Origin: Methanomassiliicoccaceae archaeon UBA72
GTDB taxonomy: Archaea > Thermoplasmatota > Thermoplasmata > Methanomassiliicoccales > Methanomethylophilaceae
Length of the DNA: 64,000 nucleotides
Direction of reading: 5' to 3'
NCBI GenBank assembly: GCA_002509405.1
Contig: DAVO01000012.1
Location: 4,009 to 68,008, forward strand
The translations under genes and the position numbers were made by a program. Below the pieces are notes generated by a model. That model searched no databases and was not told where the DNA came from. It was given only the letters and a program-made list of their open reading frames with translations. Positions 26,534-33,963 of the stretch are shown piece by piece. Position 1 is the stretch's first letter, and each line of letters begins with the position of its first letter.

Positions 26534-28870
26534 TCAGAGCGACATCTCTATCAAATCTGCACCTACCTGCTTCATGAATCCGCAGGTCTCCAGGTCGCAG
26601 GTGAAGAAGACAATCTGCATGTCCTTTGCCGCCTCCGAGAGCGCACGGCATGCTCCCAGCTTCCTTTCCGAGTCGAAGACCAGCAGCACATCGTCCAGGA
26701 GTATCGGCAGCTTTTCCTCCGAAAGCTCCTTCGCCACCGCCAGTTTAAGGGACAGACATACCTGCCCGGCGAGCCCCGAGCTCCATTGCCCCTTGGCCTT
26801 CACCTCGGTCCCTCCGCGTATCGAGACGTCCTTGGTACGGGGGTTGCTCTCCATGCGATACAGGCCCCCCGTCATCATGTCCAGGTATCTGTCTGCTGTC
26901 CGTATGACCTGCGGTTGCATGTTTTCGTATATGTCGTCGCATGCCATGTCGGCAATGTACCTCTCCAAAGAGAGCACGCCCCACTTTCTTATCTCCGAGT
27001 CCAGCTCTGCGCTGAGGGAGCTTCTCTCGTCCAACAGGCGCTCGGTCTCCGCGTCCCTGAGGATGGCATCTTTCTGACTGATTATCTTTCCAAGTTCCCT
27101 CTGTTTTTCATCGATCTCCTCGGCAGGGTCATCGGGAGGCATGGGTGCTTCGGAACCGGTATCGATACCGGCCGAACCCATTATCTTTTTGATGTTCTCC
27201 ATCTTATTTTCGATCTCATCCTTTTTCTTCTTCAGATCGACGATTCTTTCGAGTTCTTCCGCAGACCCATAAGGTTCAAGATATTCGCCCAGGGAATTTT
27301 TCGCTCTCTGATGTTCGGAGCGGGCCTCCTCCGCCGTTGTTTTCGCTTCGGATATCGAGGAAGAAATTGTAATCAACGCATTGAGTCTGCGAACGTCTGA
27401 TTCGAAAGAGCCCCGTCCGATCCCGGCTTCGGATGCGACGGATGCCAGCTCCGTTTCGAGTCTTGCAATCTTAGCCCTCATGTTGCTCGCGCGTTGGAGC
27501 TCCGAGTCGCGTTTCTGTTCAAGGGCCCTTATTCTGTCGATTTTTTCGCAAAGCCCGGCAACATCCTCTCTCCGCGTATCGCGGGGGAATCCGCGGGATG
27601 ATATGAAATCCGAAAAGCCGTCCTCCGGACCCCTCTTCGGGAGCACGAAATAGATAGCGGCCAGCGCCACAACGGAGGCGGCATAGATGTACGGGACCCC
27701 AGAGACGAAGGCGGCCATCGCGCAGACGGAGGCCAGCGCCAAGAGCGCCAGGGCGGGGACGTAATTCTTCTTCGGCATTTCCGTAACCGAAGCTCTTTCG
27801 ATCGTCCCGCGTCCGGTATCTGCATTCCTGACGGTCTCGGGGCTCAAGCCGTTTCCTGTCAGCGCGGCGACCTCCTCATCCAGCCGTGAGGCGGAACCGT
27901 CGGCGGCCTCCATGTCCGATGTTGCGGACAGGTACGAGCCTATGTTCTCGTTCAGAGACCTGATCTTCTCCTCGTTCCGCATCACAGCGTCCGAGGAGGC
28001 GCCCCCCATCTCCTTGACGAGGGATGCCAGCTTCTCGTCTGCACTTTGCATGCTTTTGCGCAGTGCGATTTCGGAAGCCATCAGCTCATTGTACCTCCCC
28101 ATGCCCTCCGGCGGGGCCCTGTTCGCATCCGCCATGCCGTCGAGGCTTATCTCCAGCTCGCCGTACTCTTTCAGGTTCATTTCTTGTTTTTCGTACGCTT
28201 TGATGTTAGCCCGTACAGTGTCGGCCTCTGCCTTCTTTTCCTTGAGCGCCGACAGTTCCGCAACGATCCGGCCCTCGTCGGCCGCCAATCTTTCGTACTC
28301 GGGGCCCTTGGACCGGGCGGCCTTGATGGCCTCCCCGTTCTCTCTGATATCATCGAACAGTTTACCTATGCCCTTGATAGAGGTCATCTTCTCAGGCCTC
28401 AGGAGGTCCTCCATCCCGATGTTGATGGATTCCGATATCTGCGGCATGTTCTCGCCGCCCGGGACCGTAAGGAACCTCCTTTTTATGTCTCCCGATTCGA
28501 CCGCATCCGTGTCGATAAGGTCCTCCGGGCCCATGGCATATACGCTACGGTAGATGTCGGGGTCGACGCCGGAGATGTCCGACGGCATCATACCAATGCT
28601 GGAAACGATCTTGCTCCCGCTCCTGGTGACCGTGAACCTTTTTCCCGAATCGGTGATGCAGTCTATCTCCCCGGAGTCAGAGGCGGAAGTCTGCGGGTAG
28701 ACGTTCTTGCGTTTCCCGGTCTTGAAGAGCGTGGTCCTAATAAACTCCTTCAGAGTGGTCTTTCCGCTTTCGTTCTCGCCGTAGCAGACCGTGAGCCCCG
28801 GCGATATCGGACCGTAATCTTTGTTGACGGCCTTTCCGAACAGACGGATGCGGACAGCCTCGATTATCAT
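26534..28870 (-). CDS. Rad50/SbcC/YhaN-like SMC-type ATPase with a central transmembrane hairpin
   Basis: The N-terminal Walker A is YGENESGKTT. Long coiled-coil segments flank two hydrophobic helices (YVPALALLALASVCAMAAFVSGV and IYAASVVALAAIYFVL). The C-terminus has the SSG signature and the ILLDD Walker B. Confidence 0.75.
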   Translation of the reverse strand: MIIEAVRIRLFGKAVNKDYGPISPGLTVCYGENESGKTTLKEFIRTTLFKTGKRKNVYPQTSASDSGEIDCITDSGKRFTVTRSGSKIVSSIGMMPSDISGVDPDIYRSVYAMGPEDLIDTDAVESGDIKRRFLTVPGGENMPQISESINIGMEDLLRPEKMTSIKGIGKLFDDIRENGEAIKAARSKGPEYERLAADEGRIVAELSALKEKKAEADTVRANIKAYEKQEMNLKEYGELEISLDGMADANRAPPEGMGRYNELMASEIALRKSMQSADEKLASLVKEMGGASSDAVMRNEEKIRSLNENIGSYLSATSDMEAADGSASRLDEEVAALTGNGLSPETVRNADTGRGTIERASVTEMPKKNYVPALALLALASVCAMAAFVSGVPYIYAASVVALAAIYFVLPKRGPEDGFSDFISSRGFPRDTRREDVAGLCEKIDRIRALEQKRDSELQRASNMRAKIARLETELASVASEAGIGRGSFESDVRRLNALITISSSISEAKTTAEEARSEHQRAKNSLGEYLEPYGSAEELERIVDLKKKKDEIENKMENIKKIMGSAGIDTGSEAPMPPDDPAEEIDEKQRELGKIISQKDAILRDAETERLLDERSSLSAELDSEIRKWGVLSLERYIADMACDDIYENMQPQVIRTADRYLDMMTGGLYRMESNPRTKDVSIRGGTEVKAKGQWSSGLAGQVCLSLKLAVAKELSEEKLPILLDDVLLVFDSERKLGACRALSEAAKDMQIVFFTCDLETCGFMKQVGADLIEMSL

Positions 28871-30054
28871 TCCGAAGCCTCCGAGAAACGCTCCAGCAGT
28901 CTTACCTTCGCATCGCCGACGAGGTTCCTGAGCTCCTCGTCGCTCATGGATTCAAAATGCTTCTGCAGATACTTTTTCGAGGTCGCGGTGCTGCATATCG
29001 CTCCGATCAGACGGTCTCTTTCCATCATCATGACCGAATCTGCCACGGATGCGACCTTTGAAACAAGGTCCTTCCCCCCGGCAGAAGGCATGCTTTCCGG
29101 TTTCGAGAGGACCTCTATATCCGCAACCGTTCCAGCCGACCTTTCCTGTATCGCCTTCAAAATCTCGTCGGGTTCGGACCTGATCATTTTATCCAGCGCC
29201 CCGCGTCCTTTCACGGCGATTCTGACGACGGAGTTCTTTTCGATCATGGACGAAACGCTGTCGATGAAAGAGCGGAAGTCGCGTCCTGTTATATCGGCCT
29301 CTATCGTTTCCCAGATGATCTCCTGTGTCGGCACGAAACGAAGTTCCTTGACGGTGTCAGAGACCACCTTAACGACGTAAGCCCCTTTCTCTCCCGACTC
29401 CTTTATGCTCTTCCCTTGCGTGTTCCCGGGATACACCACATATGGCCTTTCGTGAAGCACTGCGCGTTTGTGTATGTGGCCCAGTGCCCAGTAGTCGATG
29501 TCCTTCTCTATCATATCGACGAGCCTGGCGGGGGCATATGCGGATGCATCGCTGGAATCCACGTCGCAATGGACGCATCCTACCGTGAAAACGTCCCTGC
29601 TTCCTTCGAGCTTTATCGCCAGGTCCTCGTTGGTGTTCCTGGAAGTGAAGCTGATGCCTGAAATCTCCACTCTGTCTCCGTTCTTCAGCTCCAGCATGAA
29701 CCGCTCGGGCTCGCCCCCGAACTCGTGGACGTTCGTAGGAAGGGGGATGTCATCCTCCCAGCTGGTGGTATGGTCGTGGTTCCCCCAAGCTATAAAGCAC
29801 GGAATGTCCAGCCCTCCAAGGATCTCGGCGAAGCGGAACCTGGTCCTCGGCGTGATGTTCTCCTTATCGAAGACGTCTCCGGATATGACCATGAAATCAG
29901 CATTTTCCGAACGGGCAAGGTCTGCTATTTTGGAGAAAGACGAGAATGTGGATTCTGCCATCCTCTTAGCAAGGTCCCTGTCCCTGGACCTGATTCCGGC
30001 GAACCTGCTGCCCAGATGCAGATCGGCGCAGTGTATGAATTTGAAGTCTGACAT
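28867..30054 (-). CDS. Mre11/SbcD/YhaO-like metallophosphoesterase nuclease
   Basis: HCADLHLG, GDVFD, WGNHDH and LGHIH are the calcineurin-like phosphoesterase motifs. I used the Met at 30054 (MSDFKFIH...). The stop overlaps the ATPase start by 4 nt. Confidence 0.8.
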   Translation of the reverse strand: MSDFKFIHCADLHLGSRFAGIRSRDRDLAKRMAESTFSSFSKIADLARSENADFMVISGDVFDKENITPRTRFRFAEILGGLDIPCFIAWGNHDHTTSWEDDIPLPTNVHEFGGEPERFMLELKNGDRVEISGISFTSRNTNEDLAIKLEGSRDVFTVGCVHCDVDSSDASAYAPARLVDMIEKDIDYWALGHIHKRAVLHERPYVVYPGNTQGKSIKESGEKGAYVVKVVSDTVKELRFVPTQEIIWETIEADITGRDFRSFIDSVSSMIEKNSVVRIAVKGRGALDKMIRSEPDEILKAIQERSAGTVADIEVLSKPESMPSAGGKDLVSKVASVADSVMMMERDRLIGAICSTATSKKYLQKHFESMSDEELRNLVGDAKVRLLERFSEASE

Positions 30055-30180
30055 GGCCGAGATAATGGCTAAGCGATTTAAGTATGGTGCCTCCGGTCCA
30101 CCGAATAGGCTGAAAGTGGACCGGCCGACCGTCCTTACCTCCAAATATTATATTGGTAATACCATCCAACCGGGAGAGCA

Positions 30181-31989
30181 ATGGACTGTATCAGGAAAAA
30201 GGTTGAAGAGGAGGTCAGGAGGGGGACGATAGGTTCCAATCACGGCTGCCCCTATCATCCTAGCCATTTCATCGGCCAGGACTGCACATTCTGCTTCTGC
30301 CCGTTCTATCCATGCGAGGACGGAAAACTCGGCAAGTTCATCGGTTCCAGACGCGGCAAGCAGATATGGGACTGCTCCGACTGCCTATTCATCCACAGAA
30401 AGGAGGTCGTCGGTTTCGTCATGGAAGAGATCAGGCGCTCCGGGTTCGGGGAATGCGGCGACAAGAGGATGACAGAGATATTTTCCGAAGCGAAGGAGAA
30501 ATTCTGGCGCAGAGGCAGACCGGTCATGGTCCTGGGCGCCACGTCGGACGCCGGAAAGTCTGTGACGGCAGCCGCTATGTGCAGGATCTTTCTCAGGAGG
30601 GGTTTCGTCACGGCTCCTTTCAAATCACAGAACATGAGCCTTAACTCCAAGGTCACCAGGACAGGTTCCGAGATAGCCATGATACAGGCCCTCCAGGCGC
30701 AGGCCGCAGGCCTGAAGAACACGGACTACCACATGAATCCGATACTCATGAAGCCCAAGGGCGACATGGTATCGCAGGTGGTGGTGGAGGGGAAGCCGCT
30801 GGGAGATTACGACGTCAGGTCATATTATTCCGATTTCGTGCCCGGACCGGGCAGAGATGCGGTAAAAAGAAACATAGACTTTCTCCTCGACAGGTACGAC
30901 ATCGTCGTCATGGAGGGCGCCGGGTCCCCCGCCGAGATCAACATCTACGATTCGGACATAGCTAACATGCAGGCCGCGGAGATCGCGGATGCAAACTGCG
31001 TCCTGGTCGTCAACGCCGAATGGGGAGGCGCCTTCGCATACGCGCTCGGCACCGTCGAACTCATCCCGGAGAAGGACAGGAAACGGATCAAGGGCATAAT
31101 AATCAACAACGTCAGAGGGGACGTGGAGAAGATGAGGCCGGGGGCGGAGGAGCTGGAGAAGATGCTGGGCATACCTGTGCTGGGAATCGTCCCCCATGCG
31201 GATGTGAAGCTTCCCAGCGAGGACTCGGAGAGCTTCCGCGGCTCACGGACCGTTGGCACGGGCTCCGTGCGCGTGGCGGTAGTCAAATTCCCGCGCATAT
31301 CCAATTTCACCGATCTGGACCCACTGTTCCTCGAGGATACGACCATCGTCTTCGCCGACAGGCCAGAGGAGTTCGAAGGTGCGGACGCCATCGTGCTCCC
31401 CGGTACCAAGAACACTATTTCAGACCTCGAATGGATGAAAGAGAAAGGCATAGCCGCGAAGATATCTTCCATGAAGGGCAAGGTACCGATCATCGGGCTT
31501 TGCGGCGGATATCAGATGATGGGGTCGAAGCTGTCCGACCCCAACGGGATCGAGGGCGGGAGGCCGTCGGAGACCGAAGGCCTGGGATTCTTCGAGAATG
31601 TCACAAGGTGGGAAGCCTACGACAAATGCGTGAGGCAGGCGCGGGGCAATATAATCTCCACAGGCGGCGATGTCACCGGGTACGAGATACACATGGGCAT
31701 GACGGACGTTAAAGAAAAGCCGCTGTTCTCTCTGGAGCGTTTCCCGGACAACGTCGAAGAGGGTTCCCTCAAGGAGGAAGAGATGCTGTTCGGGACGTAC
31801 CTGCACGGGGTTTTTGACACCCAGGACTTCAGGAGGTATTTCCTCTCATTCGTGAAAGGCGGCCGTCCGGTCGCCGATAACGTAGATTACCGGGAATATG
31901 TGGACATAAACCTGGACAAGCTGGCCGACGTGTTCGAGGAGGCTCTGGACATGGACAAGGTAATGGAAATCGTGGGAGAGGTAAGATGA
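30181..31989 (+). CDS. cobQ: Cobyric acid synthase (CobQ/CbiP) with an N-terminal cysteine-rich small domain
   Basis: The ATPase domain (GATSDAGKSV...PFKSQNMSLNS...MEGAGSPAEIN) is followed by a GATase domain (GLCGGYQMMG...YEIHMG). About 100 N-terminal residues are Cys-rich (CPYHPSHF..CTFCFCPFYPC..CSDC). Confidence 0.85.
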   Translation: MDCIRKKVEEEVRRGTIGSNHGCPYHPSHFIGQDCTFCFCPFYPCEDGKLGKFIGSRRGKQIWDCSDCLFIHRKEVVGFVMEEIRRSGFGECGDKRMTEIFSEAKEKFWRRGRPVMVLGATSDAGKSVTAAAMCRIFLRRGFVTAPFKSQNMSLNSKVTRTGSEIAMIQALQAQAAGLKNTDYHMNPILMKPKGDMVSQVVVEGKPLGDYDVRSYYSDFVPGPGRDAVKRNIDFLLDRYDIVVMEGAGSPAEINIYDSDIANMQAAEIADANCVLVVNAEWGGAFAYALGTVELIPEKDRKRIKGIIINNVRGDVEKMRPGAEELEKMLGIPVLGIVPHADVKLPSEDSESFRGSRTVGTGSVRVAVVKFPRISNFTDLDPLFLEDTTIVFADRPEEFEGADAIVLPGTKNTISDLEWMKEKGIAAKISSMKGKVPIIGLCGGYQMMGSKLSDPNGIEGGRPSETEGLGFFENVTRWEAYDKCVRQARGNIISTGGDVTGYEIHMGMTDVKEKPLFSLERFPDNVEEGSLKEEEMLFGTYLHGVFDTQDFRRYFLSFVKGGRPVADNVDYREYVDINLDKLADVFEEALDMDKVMEIVGEVR

Positions 31990-32819
31990 AGGTGCTTTTC
32001 CTGGGTACGGCCTCGGGGGCGGGCAAGACCACCGTCACGGCGATGTACTGCAGATATCTGGCCCGCAGAGGTGTCCGCGTCGCGCCGTTCAAGGCTTCCA
32101 ACCTCTCGCTGAACTCGTATGCAACCTCCGAGGGAGGGGAGATAGGCATCGGGCAGGCATTCCAGGCGCTGGCCGCCGGAATAGTCCCGGTCACGGACAT
32201 GAACCCCATACTGCTGAAGCCGGGAGGCGGAGGCAGGATGCAGGTCGTCCTGAACGGGAAGCCGTGTTCCGATGTGACGGACGGCAGGCCGATGGACATC
32301 GCTAAGGCCACTTCGGAGGCGTGCAAGGCCTACGACAGGCTCAGGGAGAGGTTCGACGCCGTGGTCTGCGAAGGCTCGGGATCCCCGGCAGAGATAAATC
32401 TCAGGGACAGGGACATCGCCAACATCGGGATGATGCGCGAAAGGAACATCCCCGCAGTGCTGGTGGGGGACATCGAGAGGGGAGGGGTTTTCGCGGCCCT
32501 GTACGGAACATGGAAGCTGGTGCCCGAGGAGCAGCGCGGACTGTTGAAGGGATTCATGATCAACCGTTTCCGCGGAGATCCGACGATACTCGGCAGCGGC
32601 ATCGCCCGCATAGAAGAGATCACAGGAATGAAGTGCCTGGGGGTAATGCCTTACGCAGACCTGAGGTTCCCGGAGGAGGACTCGCTGTCGGACTCCCGGG
32701 GAAGGATGTCCGGAAAAGACGTAAGCTCCGCATTCCTCGACAATCTGGACTCCCTGATCGGCGAGGCGGAGCGTTCAGGTTTCGATTTCGAAGCGCTGAA
32801 CGCGATTGCGGAAGAATGA
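31986..32819 (+). CDS. CobQ-like ATPase-domain-only paralogue with no glutamine amidotransferase domain
   Basis: GTASGAGKTT...PFKASNLSLNS...CEGSGSPAEINLRDRDIAN...GDIERGGVFA...INRFRGD matches the CobQ N-domain. The protein ends at 277 aa. The start overlaps the cobQ stop (ATGA). Confidence 0.7.
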   Translation: MKVLFLGTASGAGKTTVTAMYCRYLARRGVRVAPFKASNLSLNSYATSEGGEIGIGQAFQALAAGIVPVTDMNPILLKPGGGGRMQVVLNGKPCSDVTDGRPMDIAKATSEACKAYDRLRERFDAVVCEGSGSPAEINLRDRDIANIGMMRERNIPAVLVGDIERGGVFAALYGTWKLVPEEQRGLLKGFMINRFRGDPTILGSGIARIEEITGMKCLGVMPYADLRFPEEDSLSDSRGRMSGKDVSSAFLDNLDSLIGEAERSGFDFEALNAIAEE

Positions 32820-33014
32820 TCATCCGCCGGACGCGACTTTGATCGCCCTGATGACCATCCCGTCCTCGAGAGGCGTGTCGGAAGGCACAGGGGTCCCTCC
32901 GACCAGGAACAGGAAGGCGTTCGGAAGCAGGCCCATGGACCAGAAGGCTTCGCCTACCGTCCCCTCGGCGGCCACCGCTGTATCCTTTCCGTACATGGAG
33001 ATCGTCGCGCTCAC
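32820..33014 (-). CDS. ThiS/MoaD-family ubiquitin-like small protein ending in Gly-Gly (SAMP-like)
   Basis: This 64-aa ORF ends ...DGMVIRAIKVASGG followed by the stop, with beta-grasp-like spacing. The start is GTG at 33014 or ATG at 32996. Confidence 0.6.
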   Translation of the reverse strand: MSATISMYGKDTAVAAEGTVGEAFWSMGLLPNAFLFLVGGTPVPSDTPLEDGMVIRAIKVASGG

Positions 33015-33056
33015 AGATGCATATCGGGCGGTTCGGTTGATATTTCTTTTGATTGC

Positions 33057-33071
33057 CGTTTTTATAAAACG
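33057..33071. promoter_or_regulatory. Palindromic TATA element CGTTTTTATAAAACG in a divergent intergenic region
   Basis: A perfect 15 nt palindrome is centred about 25 nt upstream of the ATG at 33089 (plus strand) and about 50 nt upstream of the SAMP-like start (minus strand). Confidence 0.4.
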
Positions 33072-33088
33072 AATGCTATCGGGCAGCG

Positions 33089-33361
33089 ATGATAACGGCG
33101 GTCCCTATGATGGTCTTCGTCACAGTTTCGTCCGTGTTCATGGCGACGGGAGACATTTCGACTTTCGCTCCCGCCCTTGCGCCCTCTGGATTCGCGGCGG
33201 CGCTGGACCCGTCTACGATGACCGTCTCACAGCTGTTAAGATACTATAGTCAGGCGCTCGTTCCCGCCGCTGTCCTATGTGCATTCTCGTACGCTTTGTA
33301 TAAATTGATAAAGTACGCCCGTTTCAAGGACGGCTTCGAAGAGGAGGTCCGCCGTAAATGA
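33089..33361 (+). CDS. Hypothetical small membrane protein (90 aa)
   Basis: The protein has two hydrophobic segments, and its stop overlaps the next gene's ATG (ATGA), which suggests translational coupling. I recognise no family. Confidence 0.4.
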   Translation: MITAVPMMVFVTVSSVFMATGDISTFAPALAPSGFAAALDPSTMTVSQLLRYYSQALVPAAVLCAFSYALYKLIKYARFKDGFEEEVRRK

Positions 33362-33963
33362 CCACCCTTGACAGCTTCTTCGCCGGGGAGATATACGTGC
33401 TCGACACCGAGACCACGGGACTCAAAGGCCATCCTTACGACGTGATAGTGGACATCGCGGTCTGCAGAGTGGATCTTGACGAAGGCACCGTGGAGCCGGC
33501 GTACTCTTCGGTGGTGGGGTATGACACGTCCGAGTGGAACGAATATCGCCGCACCGCATGGATATTCGAGAACACGGATATGACGCTCGACATGGTCGAT
33601 TCGGCACCACCCCTTCAGGAAGTGGTCTCCGACGTACGCAGACTCCTGAAAGGGAAGAGGGTGACTTCTTACAATACGGAATATGACATGGGAAAGTTCC
33701 TCTACCACGAGCCATGGAGCATGAAAGGCCTCTTTACCGAGTGCAAGGACATAATGAAGGCCGCCACTCCGATATGCAAAGTGCCCAGCCAATATTACGG
33801 AAGACAGTACCAATTCCCCAAACTGGACCTCGCTTACGAAAAGATAGTCGATGGCGACCCGGCGGGGATAAACGGTGTGCAGGCCCACAGGGCGATGTCC
33901 GATGCAATGGTGGCGTCGCACATAATGGTCCGCATGTTCCGCGACGGGACTTATTCGCCCTGA
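33358..33963 (+). CDS. DEDDh 3'-5' exonuclease (DnaQ/epsilon-like)
   Basis: Exo I is YVLDTETTGL, Exo II is SYNTEYDMGKFL and Exo III is HRAMSDAM. All catalytic residues are present. Confidence 0.8.
   Translation: MTTLDSFFAGEIYVLDTETTGLKGHPYDVIVDIAVCRVDLDEGTVEPAYSSVVGYDTSEWNEYRRTAWIFENTDMTLDMVDSAPPLQEVVSDVRRLLKGKRVTSYNTEYDMGKFLYHEPWSMKGLFTECKDIMKAATPICKVPSQYYGRQYQFPKLDLAYEKIVDGDPAGINGVQAHRAMSDAMVASHIMVRMFRDGTYSP

Noticed and set aside
26286-29380. Plus-strand ORFs of 263, 306, 213 and 444 aa
   Set aside because: They are antisense to the Rad50-like and Mre11-like genes. Their translations are Ser/Arg/Leu-rich and low complexity.
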